From Bdellovibrio sp. (lineage in GTDB: Bacteria; Bdellovibrionota; Bdellovibrionia; Bdellovibrionales; Bdellovibrionaceae), in contig JBKCUU010000069.1 in the NCBI GenBank assembly GCA_046318155.1, positions 1 through 20,608 of the forward strand: a stretch of DNA of 20,608 nucleotides. Reading direction: 5' to 3'. The position numbers and the translations under genes are program-made. This document shows, in pieces, positions 9,131-17,934 of this stretch; the stretch's first letter is position 1; every line of letters starts with the position of its first letter. The notes under the pieces were generated by a model. That model was not told where the DNA came from. It did not search any database and worked only from the letters and a program-made list of their open reading frames with translations.

Positions 9131-9149
9131 CTGTCTCAAGATGAGACAG
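9131..9149. promoter_or_regulatory. Perfect inverted repeat CTGTCTCA-aga-TGAGACAG, candidate operator
   Basis: 8-bp arms with a 3-nt spacer in the divergent intergenic region; an extra GTCTCA half-site at 9174-9179. Confidence 0.5.
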
Positions 9150-9179
9150 GGCAAAATCCAGCCTTTTCAATCGGTCTCA

Positions 9180-9191
9180 AAATTCCGATTC
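9180..9191 (+). promoter_or_regulatory. Putative sigma-28 (FliA)-type -10 element
   Basis: AAATTCCGATTC resembles consensus GCCGATAA. The identical 10-mer AAATTCCGAT occurs upstream of the other plus-strand gene (17935-17944). Confidence 0.4.
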
Positions 9192-9200
9192 TAGACGCAT

Positions 9201-9989
9201 ATGAAATCACTCATGACCGCTCTTGTTTCATTGTTTTTTTTGGCTCCCACGGCCCAAGCTTTCGATGACGCCTTCGCGCCTCGAGGTTTCAAATGGAGTG
9301 CCCCTGAATTACAAAAACCTCAGCTCGTTGCACAAGCCGATGGCGACGATGCGTACGATCCCTTTTCTGATTATAGCGAATTCGATGAAGCCAGCGACGA
9401 AGAAGCGGACATCAATTTTTTTCGTAACGGACGGTTTTTTGTTTTAGGCTTTACCGGCGGAATGCGCGCGTTCACCGATAATCTCGACAAGCTGTACGGA
9501 TCGGGACCTAGCTACGGATTTTTCATGTCGTTCTTTTTTGATCTGCGCTTTGCCTTACAAGCCGGCTTCGTGACGGGTGATTACGCCTACGAACTCGGAA
9601 CGGCGAACGGCAAAACCACGGGCAATGTGTCCATGACATTTCTGGACGTGTCTTTAAAGTATTATTTGAACACTCAAAACGTCACACGTGGTCTTGCAGA
9701 TCTCAATCCCTACATGATGGGCGGCATCTCGCAGACCTATCGGACGCTCACGATTTCGGGCACGGGCGATAGCGCGCGGGATGCAACCATGGGCATGCAC
9801 ATCGGCGGGGGTCTTGAAATTCCACTGATGCGCAAGAAAGCGTTCTTCGGAATTCAGGGTCTTTATCGCTATTTCAACTTTAAGGATGAGAACCAAGCCT
9901 TGATCGATCCGGTCACGCAGCTCCCCACAACGGTCAAACCCACGGGCGACTCGTACGACGTGATGGGAAGCATCGGTCTCAACTTTTAA
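9201..9989 (+). CDS. Outer-membrane beta-barrel protein (small, OmpA/OmpW-like), function unknown
   Basis: Sec signal peptide ending AQA; alternating hydrophobic beta-strands (PYMMGGISQTY, GMHIGGGLEIPL, FFGIQGLYRYF); C-terminal Phe (SIGLNF); acidic N-terminal segment. Confidence 0.8.
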   Translation: MKSLMTALVSLFFLAPTAQAFDDAFAPRGFKWSAPELQKPQLVAQADGDDAYDPFSDYSEFDEASDEEADINFFRNGRFFVLGFTGGMRAFTDNLDKLYGSGPSYGFFMSFFFDLRFALQAGFVTGDYAYELGTANGKTTGNVSMTFLDVSLKYYLNTQNVTRGLADLNPYMMGGISQTYRTLTISGTGDSARDATMGMHIGGGLEIPLMRKKAFFGIQGLYRYFNFKDENQALIDPVTQLPTTVKPTGDSYDVMGSIGLNF

Positions 9990-11339
9990 TTAAAAGATCC
10001 AACTTAATATTTGCAGGACAAACGCAATGCCGACCGTCATCGGTACGACCCACTTCATGGCACTGATCCAGTACGGATACATCGAAACACTTTCGACCAA
10101 ATCCCGATCCACAAAGTTTTTTTCACGTTCACTCTTCGAAAGGCCGTGCATGACCGCGTAGGCCAGTGCGGCCGCAATCAACGGAAGACAGAGGTTAATC
10201 AAGATAAAATCCAGAGTCTCGAGTGTCCGGTTGCTACGTGAAGCCTGAGCGAGATCCGATGAAAACGCGGGGATCATCGCCAGACCCAGAACCAAAGCGC
10301 CCGAAATCCAGGTGGCCTTTGAACGCGGGACCTTTCTCCAATCCATCGTGTTCGACACAATCACTTCAAGCAGTCCAATACTCGCGCTGAGCGAAGCCAA
10401 ATAAAGGCAAAGAAAAAACATCACTCCGAACCAAGGCCCACCCGGAAGCGAGAGCAAAAAGCGGGGCAAAGATTCGAACAAGAGACCGGGATCCTGCAGC
10501 GTCTGATGACTAACCGAGAGCGCAACCGGAAAGATCACAAGTCCTGCAACCAATGACAAAAGGGTATCGAGCAGCGTGATCCGAAAGGCTGCCGTGGGAA
10601 CATGTTCTTTTTCTGACAAGTAAGATCCAAAGGTCACCATTGTTCCAAATCCCACGCTTAAGGTAAAGCAGACGTGACCCACCGCAAACAGCAGTGACTG
10701 CAGGGTGAGCTTTGAAAAATCGGGGTAAAACAAAAAGCGAAGAGCATCTAGCGCTGTCGGCAGCGAAAGCGTTTTCACGACCAAAACAACCATCAAGATC
10801 GCAAAAGCCGGCATCAAAGCCCCGACCCATTTCTCGAGACCTTCTTGAACACCCTTCAGAACAATCACGATCGACAAAATCAAGTGAACGCTCGCAAGAC
10901 CCATTTGCAAAAAGCCATTCGACGTCAGGACACCCAAGGTGATTTGCGATTCCAGACCAAATCTTGAGAGCCCTTCAATCATGAACTGCACGAGAAAATG
11001 CAAAACCCAGCCGCTAATCACAGCGTAGTAAGACAACACAACAAGACTCAAGAGAACCGAAAGACGCCCAACCCAACGGTACCGAGACTTGGGCGTTCCG
11101 GGCTCGAGCAGACTGGTGGCCATCATGACGGAGCGGCGCTTGGACTTACCAAGCAAGAGTTCACCGATCAAAAGCGGAAGTCCCATAATTAAGGCTAAAA
11201 AAACATACAGAAGAACGAAAGCCCCTCCGCCATTTTCACCCACAACATACGGAAAGCGCCAGAGATTTCCAAGGCCAAACGCCGAGCCAACGGCGGCCAT
11301 GTAAAATCCAAATCTGGTTTTCCATCCCGCCCTGGTCAT
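9990..11339 (-). CDS. Sodium-dependent transporter, neurotransmitter:sodium symporter (NSS/SNF) family
   Basis: Signature GSAFGLGNLWRFPY-GENGGGAF, TM3 SYY, TM6 FTLSVGFG, and ~11 hydrophobic segments. Confidence 0.93.
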   Translation of the reverse strand: MTRAGWKTRFGFYMAAVGSAFGLGNLWRFPYVVGENGGGAFVLLYVFLALIMGLPLLIGELLLGKSKRRSVMMATSLLEPGTPKSRYRWVGRLSVLLSLVVLSYYAVISGWVLHFLVQFMIEGLSRFGLESQITLGVLTSNGFLQMGLASVHLILSIVIVLKGVQEGLEKWVGALMPAFAILMVVLVVKTLSLPTALDALRFLFYPDFSKLTLQSLLFAVGHVCFTLSVGFGTMVTFGSYLSEKEHVPTAAFRITLLDTLLSLVAGLVIFPVALSVSHQTLQDPGLLFESLPRFLLSLPGGPWFGVMFFLCLYLASLSASIGLLEVIVSNTMDWRKVPRSKATWISGALVLGLAMIPAFSSDLAQASRSNRTLETLDFILINLCLPLIAAALAYAVMHGLSKSEREKNFVDRDLVESVSMYPYWISAMKWVVPMTVGIAFVLQILSWIF

Positions 11340-11342
11340 TGT

Positions 11343-12656
11343 TTATGCGCCTCGGTTCTTCATGACAAAGATCCGGATCGGAAGACCCCAAAGCTCAAAA
11401 CGCTCTTTCATATTTTTGATCAAAAAGCGGCGATAGGAGTTGTCAACACCCTCTGGTCGATTGGCAAAAGCAATGAAAGCGGGGGGCGTCTGATTGGTTT
11501 GCGTCAGGTAATAAAACTTCACATCCGTGATTCCAAATACCGGCGCCGGAGCCTTGCGAATCGTTTCAAAGAAAAACTCATTGAGTTTTGAGGTCGGAAT
11601 GCGGGTTTCAAATTTTTCTCGGACCCACTCAATCTTTTGTAAGAGGTCCAAAAGCCCAGTCCCGGTCTTGGCGCTGGTATAGACCACCGGCACGTCCGTA
11701 AAGAAGTGAAACGTGCTCTCAACTTGAGTCTGAAATGTTTTACGGTAATCAGCGACTTGATTGCGGCCCAAATCCGATTTATTCGCCACTAAAATGACGG
11801 CTTTGTGATCTTCTAAGATCGTTTGCATGATGCGGGCATCTTGATCGGTCGGCCCTAAGGTTCCATCCACGACCAACAAAACAAGATCAGCCTTGCGGAT
11901 TGACTCGTGCGATTTAAATGCCGAAATAATCTCCAGGCCCTCATCTCGCTTGGCACTCTTACGAAGCCCGGCTGTGTCGACAAGCACGTACTGACGGTCG
12001 TTGTACAAAAACGGCGTGTCAACGGCATCAATCGTGGTTCCGGCGATTTCAGACACGAGCATGCGGTTCTCACCCACCAGGGCATTGACCAAAGACGACT
12101 TGCCGACATTAGGTTTGCCGACGATGGCAATGCTTAAACCCTCAAGTCGGCCACTGGTTTGTTCAGGCAAATTCTGATGTATCCATTCAAGAACTTCAGC
12201 AACACCTCGGCGCTGCTCAAAAGAACAACCGACGACGTCCACACCAAATTCATAAAACTCGGCGGTGCGGATCTCATCTTCATGCTGGCTATCAATTTTG
12301 TTGGCAATGAGTAAAAATGGTTTGCCGCTTGATTTGGCAATTCGCAAAATCTCACGGTCTTCAGGAACAAGTCCGTCACGGCCGTCAACGACGGCCAAGA
12401 GCAAATCCACCGTCCCTAAAAAGTCCGTGACCTGCTCACGAATTAACTTTGAAAATGTATCGTGGGCCTCGGTAATGCCGCCCGTGTCGATTAAGTCAAA
12501 GTTTTTACCCCAAACTGACGCCGTCTCGACGATGATGTCCCGGGTCACCCCACGCTGATTCTTAACAACACTCTTACGCGAATCCGTTAAAATATTGAAG
12601 AGGGTCGATTTTCCTACATTCGGTCGACCAATGATGGCCACCTTTGACAGCAGCAC
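11343..12656 (-). CDS. der: Ribosome biogenesis GTPase Der (EngA)
   Basis: Two G domains (GRPNVGKS/DTGG/NKID and GKPNVGKS/DTAG/NKSD) plus a C-terminal KH-like domain. Likely GTG start at 12656, just after the era stop; exact start uncertain. Confidence 0.96.
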   Translation of the reverse strand: MLLSKVAIIGRPNVGKSTLFNILTDSRKSVVKNQRGVTRDIIVETASVWGKNFDLIDTGGITEAHDTFSKLIREQVTDFLGTVDLLLAVVDGRDGLVPEDREILRIAKSSGKPFLLIANKIDSQHEDEIRTAEFYEFGVDVVGCSFEQRRGVAEVLEWIHQNLPEQTSGRLEGLSIAIVGKPNVGKSSLVNALVGENRMLVSEIAGTTIDAVDTPFLYNDRQYVLVDTAGLRKSAKRDEGLEIISAFKSHESIRKADLVLLVVDGTLGPTDQDARIMQTILEDHKAVILVANKSDLGRNQVADYRKTFQTQVESTFHFFTDVPVVYTSAKTGTGLLDLLQKIEWVREKFETRIPTSKLNEFFFETIRKAPAPVFGITDVKFYYLTQTNQTPPAFIAFANRPEGVDNSYRRFLIKNMKERFELWGLPIRIFVMKNRGA

Positions 12657-12657
12657 A

Positions 12658-13572
12658 TCACTCTTTGATAACAACATAACCAAGCTCCTTCATCAACCGC
12701 CCATTTTCGAACCACTCTTCACGAACCACGACATCAAGACTTAAAAACACTTTATGACCCATCAATTTTTCGAGATCCTTACGAGCGGACATCCCAATTT
12801 TTTTGATGAGGGTTCCGCCTTTGCCAATAATAATTGGCTTATGGCTTTCTTTCGAAATGACGATCTCGGCATAAATCTTTGTGAGTGCCGGATCCGTCTC
12901 TTCAAACTTGGTAATTCGAACAGCAAGTTGGTACGGAATTTCTTGTTGCAACTCTTCAAAGCATTTTTCGCGAACAATCTCGCAGGCCAACTCTTTTATC
13001 GTATGCGGTGTATAAGAATCAGTATCGTAAAGAGGTGCGGGACTCTCGGGAAGCAAGGCTTTGGCCGTCGTCACGAAACTGCGGCGAAACTCGGTCATGT
13101 CGCGTGTCCAAGAGTTTGAAAACTCGATGATACTGACCGAGGGGTACTGCTCGCGAATTTCAGTTCTCAGCCGTTCGCGGCGATGAGTTTTTTCGACCAA
13201 GTCAACTTTCGTCAAGATCGCGAACCAAGGCTTTTTGCTCGCGACAACCAATTCAAGAATTTTGTCGAGGTTTTCTTTTTTATCTTCATCCAGATTAAAA
13301 ACGGCGCACAACGCATCGCTTGACTGAATGACGTCTTCAGCTTCTTTTTGCAAAAACGAGTTGAGACCCTTACCTGCTTTTAGCACACCAGGAGCATCAA
13401 CCAAAACAATTTGCGAGTCTTTATCCTGCAAAAAACCCATCATCCGGCGGCGGGTCGTTTGCGGCTTGTCGGTAACGATCGAGACTTTTTCTTCAACCAA
13501 GTTATTAAGAAGCGTACTTTTGCCCGCATTGGGTTGGCCAATCAGGCCTAAGAATCCTGCGCGATAACTCAT
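12658..13572 (-). CDS. era: GTPase Era
   Basis: GQPNAGKS, KPQTTR, EIVREK, QEIPY and KH motif IIGKGG; follows rnc with a 4-bp overlap. Confidence 0.95.
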   Translation of the reverse strand: MSYRAGFLGLIGQPNAGKSTLLNNLVEEKVSIVTDKPQTTRRRMMGFLQDKDSQIVLVDAPGVLKAGKGLNSFLQKEAEDVIQSSDALCAVFNLDEDKKENLDKILELVVASKKPWFAILTKVDLVEKTHRRERLRTEIREQYPSVSIIEFSNSWTRDMTEFRRSFVTTAKALLPESPAPLYDTDSYTPHTIKELACEIVREKCFEELQQEIPYQLAVRITKFEETDPALTKIYAEIVISKESHKPIIIGKGGTLIKKIGMSARKDLEKLMGHKVFLSLDVVVREEWFENGRLMKELGYVVIKE

Positions 13573-14267
13573 AAGGGACTTCCTTTGGAACTTTTCCAGA
13601 TTTCGAGTGCGAGTCTTGCCGCTTCTTGTTCAGCGACTTTTTTTGACTTACCCAGTGCTTTTGCCACTGTCCGATTTTTGATTTTCACTTCGACTTCAAA
13701 AGTCCGGTCATGCGCCGGCCCCGTTTCGCTCATCAAACAGTAAGACGGAGCTTCTTTCAGCAGGCCTTGGACTTCTTCTTGAAGCTTGGTTTTATAGTCA
13801 GCGCTAAAGTCATCCGTCGGATTCATGTCTAAAATCAGCGGCCTAAAGTGAACGTGCGCAACGCCCTTGGCCGCCTCAAAACCCGAATCCATGAAGATGG
13901 CGCCAATCAGAGCTTCATAAACGGACGCGAGCAAACGCGGCTTTTGATCGCCGCCCGTCTGGATTTCACCTTTGCCCAGCTGCATGTCTTTGTGAAGATC
14001 CAGCGATTTGGCAATACCAGACAAGACGGTTTCGTTCACGAGGCTGGCGCGCTTTTTCGAGAGATTCCCTTCGCCATCGACAGGAAACAGTTCCATCAAG
14101 AGTTCACTCAAAACCAGATCCAAAACAGCATCGCCCAAAAATTCGAGCTTTTCGTTATGCCCCTTGGAAGATTTTGCTTCGAAGAAAAATGACTTATGTG
14201 TCAGCGCCTGCTGAAGCAACTCAGGCCGCTTGAACTTAAAGTTGAGTTTGGCTTCGACATTAGACAT
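13569..14267 (-). CDS. rnc: Ribonuclease III
   Basis: ALTHKS, signature NEKLEFLGDAVL, EALIGAIF, dsRBD (DYKTKLQE, GPAH, SKKVAEQEAA). Start refined to ATG 14267. Confidence 0.96.
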   Translation of the reverse strand: MSNVEAKLNFKFKRPELLQQALTHKSFFFEAKSSKGHNEKLEFLGDAVLDLVLSELLMELFPVDGEGNLSKKRASLVNETVLSGIAKSLDLHKDMQLGKGEIQTGGDQKPRLLASVYEALIGAIFMDSGFEAAKGVAHVHFRPLILDMNPTDDFSADYKTKLQEEVQGLLKEAPSYCLMSETGPAHDRTFEVEVKIKNRTVAKALGKSKKVAEQEAARLALEIWKSSKGSPL

Positions 14268-15567
14268 AAGACCCTCGCAAGACGCCTTCAAGACGAGGGC
14301 TGTTTTTGACAACCACTTCATCGATGCGAACTTTAAACTCACCACGTGCGGGCGGCACTTCATTCAAAAGAACGGTCCAGTAGTCACGAGTGACGCCTTG
14401 AGGCGTTTTCGAATCCCTAAGCCCGAGCGCCCACTTCTCGCGGCCAACTTGCTTCAGAGCTTCGGACTGATAACGATGCAGACTGAGCTCACGCAGTCTT
14501 TGGGCCCGCTCTTTTCGAACGTGAGGATAAATTTGCGGCATGAGAGCGGCTTTTGTCCCCTTGCGCTCGCTGTACGGAAACACGTGCAGGCGCGTCCATG
14601 GCGTTTCAGCCAAAGTTTTATACGTGTCTTCAAATTGCGCATCAGTTTCAGTCGGAAACCCCGTGATCACATCCATCCCAACAAACGCACCGGGGATTTT
14701 TTTTTCGATGTTGTTTAAGGATTCGATGACTTCTTTTTGAGTGTAATTGCGCTTCATGCCCGCCAGCACTTCGGTATTCGCACTTTGGATGCTCATATGC
14801 AGGTGCGCGCACATCCTGGGGTCTTGGTACAGATCTAACAAGCGCGGAGTGACTTCAACGGGTTCAAGACTGGTCAATCGGTACCTAGGAACCTTCGTCA
14901 TTTTCAGCAAGGCCTCGAGTAAATCCTCAAGACGAGCACCGCCAGGCTGCGAGGGGTCTTCGTAATCACCAATATGAACGCCGGTCAGAACGACTTCTTC
15001 AAAACCCTGGGCCGAAATTTCGTTCACTCGGCGAACTAAATCCATGACCGGAATACTTCGACTCTTACCGCGCGCGTAAGGAATAATACAGTAGGAGCAA
15101 AATGAGTTGCAACCATCTTGGATCTTAACAAACGCACGGGTATGGGACTCTTCAAGCCCTCCACCTTCTTCCAGGTCGTCTTTACGAAAGATGTTAGACT
15201 TAAAAACTCGCTCTTTCAGTTGACCTTTAAAATATTGATCAACGTAAAATGGAAGCAAACCTTTGTGCGAATTGGCGATCACAAGATCAGCCCCCGGGAG
15301 ATTCTCAAAGGCCCCGGTGTCGACTTGGGCCGCGCAGCCCGTGACAACGATCAAACTGAGAGGCGATTGCGCTTTGATTTTGCGGATGGTCCGCACGGCT
15401 TCTTTTGTCGCTTCGGCAGTCACGGCGCAGGTGTTGAGCACGTGAATCTTGGGATCATTTGAATCGAGCTTGAGCCCCGAACGGATCAGATTTTTTTGCA
15501 AGAGTCCGGTGTCATAGGTATTCACCTTACAACCAAAGGTATGGACTTGAAACTTTAGAGAATCCAT
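14260..15567 (-). CDS. mtaB: tRNA t6A37 methylthiotransferase (radical SAM)
   Basis: UPF0004 domain (TFGCKVN, NTCAVT, VTGCAAQ), radical-SAM CNSFCSYC in the context KIQDGC...IPYARG, and HVFPYSERKGT, typical of MtaB. Confidence 0.9.
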   Translation of the reverse strand: MDSLKFQVHTFGCKVNTYDTGLLQKNLIRSGLKLDSNDPKIHVLNTCAVTAEATKEAVRTIRKIKAQSPLSLIVVTGCAAQVDTGAFENLPGADLVIANSHKGLLPFYVDQYFKGQLKERVFKSNIFRKDDLEEGGGLEESHTRAFVKIQDGCNSFCSYCIIPYARGKSRSIPVMDLVRRVNEISAQGFEEVVLTGVHIGDYEDPSQPGGARLEDLLEALLKMTKVPRYRLTSLEPVEVTPRLLDLYQDPRMCAHLHMSIQSANTEVLAGMKRNYTQKEVIESLNNIEKKIPGAFVGMDVITGFPTETDAQFEDTYKTLAETPWTRLHVFPYSERKGTKAALMPQIYPHVRKERAQRLRELSLHRYQSEALKQVGREKWALGLRDSKTPQGVTRDYWTVLLNEVPPARGEFKVRIDEVVVKNSPRLEGVLRGSYV

Positions 15568-16673
15568 CCTCCTCCCATCAATTGCTTATCGCGATAAAAC
15601 ACAGCCGCTTGGCCCGGAGTGATCGCCCGCTGAGGTTCAGCAAACTCGACACGCAGCTTTTCGCCCGCACGATAAACTTTGGCAGGACTCCCCTTATGGG
15701 TGTAGCGAATCTTAACGTTGAGCGTTTCGCCATCCTGCACGTGATGGAGAAAATGAGGATTCTCGACCAACAGCTCTTGTCCAAACAGGTATTGCTCGTC
15801 ACCAACCCAAACGGTATTGGTCTCGGCCTCAATTTTAAGCACAAAAAGCTTTTCGTGGTGATCCATCCCAAGACCTTTGCTCTGCCCGTAGGTGTAATGA
15901 TGAATCCCTTGGTGCTCAGCCATCGTCAAGCCAGACGGGTAACGTTTGATCAAACCCCGTCTTTGATGAAGGACTTTCTCTGGCACCTGTTCTTCTAAAA
16001 ATTTGCCATAGCCTTTGTCGCCGACGAAACAAATCCCGACCGAATCTTTCTTTCGCGCATTCAAAAGTCCAAAGCGCTCGGCTTCAAGTCGAACTTCGGG
16101 CTTCTTTAAGTGCCCGATCGGAAATAAAAGTTTAGGCAGAATGTCTTTGTTTAACGTGAACAAGAAGTAGGTTTGATCTTTCCACGAGTCTTCACTGGTT
16201 TGAATGCTGGCCTCGCCATTTTGAGCTTGAACGACTTGCGCATAATGGCCGGTCGCCAAGAAATCACACTCAAGCTCGTTCATTTTTTGAATCAAATGAT
16301 CAAACTTTAAAAATGTATTGCAGTCGACACAAGGAAGCGGCGTCTTGCCTTGCAGATAGTTGGCGATAAACGGGTCAATCACGGCCGCACGAAATTTGGC
16401 CTCGCAATTCAAAACGTAAAAAGGGATTCCAATTTTATCTGCCACCGAGCGAGCGTCGTCGACGTCAATCGACGAACAGCAAGTACCGCTCCCCTCTTGA
16501 ATATCGCAAGAGCTGTAATCCCAGACCTGCATCGTGGCGCCGATGACCTCATAGCCTTGCTCAACCAAGAGCGCGGCCGCAACCGAGCTGTCGACGCCGC
16601 CGCTCATGGCGACCAAGACGCGGCCTTTGCGTTGAGCTTGAGCGAGTCTGTATGAATCAGGGAGAAAGGTCAT
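15555..16673 (-). CDS. mnmA: tRNA 2-thiouridine(34) synthase
   Basis: PP-loop AMSGGVDSS, PCVDCN, ATGHYA, KDQTYFL, SVGICF and AITPGQAAVFY motifs. Confidence 0.96.
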   Translation of the reverse strand: MTFLPDSYRLAQAQRKGRVLVAMSGGVDSSVAAALLVEQGYEVIGATMQVWDYSSCDIQEGSGTCCSSIDVDDARSVADKIGIPFYVLNCEAKFRAAVIDPFIANYLQGKTPLPCVDCNTFLKFDHLIQKMNELECDFLATGHYAQVVQAQNGEASIQTSEDSWKDQTYFLFTLNKDILPKLLFPIGHLKKPEVRLEAERFGLLNARKKDSVGICFVGDKGYGKFLEEQVPEKVLHQRRGLIKRYPSGLTMAEHQGIHHYTYGQSKGLGMDHHEKLFVLKIEAETNTVWVGDEQYLFGQELLVENPHFLHHVQDGETLNVKIRYTHKGSPAKVYRAGEKLRVEFAEPQRAITPGQAAVFYRDKQLMGGGWIL

Positions 16674-17841
16674 AAGAAGCTCCGTTTGTCGAAAGCGTTC
16701 TGAGGTGCGCGACCGTTTTTTGAAGCGTCAAAAGGAAACTTTCGACTTCTTGAAAGGTGGTTTCCCAGCCCAAACTGATCCTCAGAGAGCTCTGGGCTTC
16801 TTCGCGAGAAAGCCCCATGTTCAAGAGTACCGGACTGGGCTCGGGATTGCCACTCGAACAAGCGGCTCCCGTCGAAACGGCATAACCTTTCAAGTCCAGA
16901 CTCATCAACAAAGTTTCACCATCGACACCCGGAATCACAAGACTCGAGGTGTTTGGAAGCCTTGGGCCATTCTTCGCGGTCACTGTCGCTCCTGGAATGT
17001 CGCGCAAAATGCGAAGCTCGAGGTAATCGCGCAGTTCACTCATGACCTCGGTCTTTTCGATTGTTTGCGGCAAGCGGCGCGCTTGAACTCCCAAGGCAAA
17101 AATGCCCAGCGTGTTTTCGGTTCCACCGCGGCGCTGGCGCTCTTGTCCGCCACCATGAATGAGAGATTCATAGGGCGAATTTCGTTTAACAAAAACAAAA
17201 CCGGTCCCTTTGAGCGAATAGAATTTGTGCGCCGAAAAGCTGGCGTAATCGACATCCAGTTCTTTGAGATTGATGGCAACTTTACCCAAAGCCTGAACGG
17301 CGTCACAGTGAAACAGCGCACCCACTTTGTGAGCTTGGGCCGCGATTGCCTTAATCGGAAACACCGTTCCCGTCTCGTTGTTGGCGAGCATCACGGACAC
17401 GAGCGCCGTTTTTTCAGAGAGGTGCTGGACCAAAAACTCGAGATCCAACTGGCCATTGCGGCTGACCGGGATGTAGTGAACAATCGCGCCTAAAGACTCG
17501 AGATATCGAAATGTATTAATCACGCTTGGGTGCTCGACTTGAGAGGTGATAAATTCATTTCGCAATGATGTTTTTGCGACAAGATCAAACACGGACTTAA
17601 TGACCGTGTTGTTGCTTTCTGAACCGCCGCTGTTAAAAACAATTTCGAGGGGATGACAGCCCAGCTGTTTTGCAATTTCTTGGCGCGTTTCGCGAAGCAC
17701 AGTCTTTGGTGCCCGACTTGCCCAGTGAATCGAACTGGGATTGCCAAACTCTTGCAAAAAAGTCGGCACGGCCGATTGTACATCCGCCGAAAGTCCAGTT
17801 GTGGCATTGAAGTCGAGATAAACCCTTGATTTAGCTTCCAT
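16657..17841 (-). CDS. iscS: Cysteine desulfurase, IscS/NifS group I
   Basis: YLDFNATT, FGNPSS, VEHPSV, HCDAVQA, PLP lysine in SAHKF, catalytic Cys in GAACSSG. Start could be 17841, 17862 or 17877. Confidence 0.9.
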   Translation of the reverse strand: MEAKSRVYLDFNATTGLSADVQSAVPTFLQEFGNPSSIHWASRAPKTVLRETRQEIAKQLGCHPLEIVFNSGGSESNNTVIKSVFDLVAKTSLRNEFITSQVEHPSVINTFRYLESLGAIVHYIPVSRNGQLDLEFLVQHLSEKTALVSVMLANNETGTVFPIKAIAAQAHKVGALFHCDAVQALGKVAINLKELDVDYASFSAHKFYSLKGTGFVFVKRNSPYESLIHGGGQERQRRGGTENTLGIFALGVQARRLPQTIEKTEVMSELRDYLELRILRDIPGATVTAKNGPRLPNTSSLVIPGVDGETLLMSLDLKGYAVSTGAACSSGNPEPSPVLLNMGLSREEAQSSLRISLGWETTFQEVESFLLTLQKTVAHLRTLSTNGASYDLSP

Positions 17842-17934
17842 TTCAGAAATGACGTCTAGCATAATGCTGGGGCCCATACAAGGACATTAACCCCCCCTGC
17901 CTGCACCTCACTTTTTACAAAGGTTTTTAACAGG

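Noticed and set aside
9234..9241. T8 run in the OMP signal-peptide coding region as a phase-variation tract
   Set aside because: Similar A/T runs of 8-9 nt occur in housekeeping genes here (1317-1324, 14697-14705, 20080-20088), and the frame is intact.
16705..17493. 262-aa plus-strand ORF antisense to iscS
   Set aside because: Fully inside a well-supported gene on the opposite strand with no recognisable motifs; a typical shadow ORF. The same applies to 525-1076, 14230-14718, 19610-20074 and the other short overlapping ORFs.
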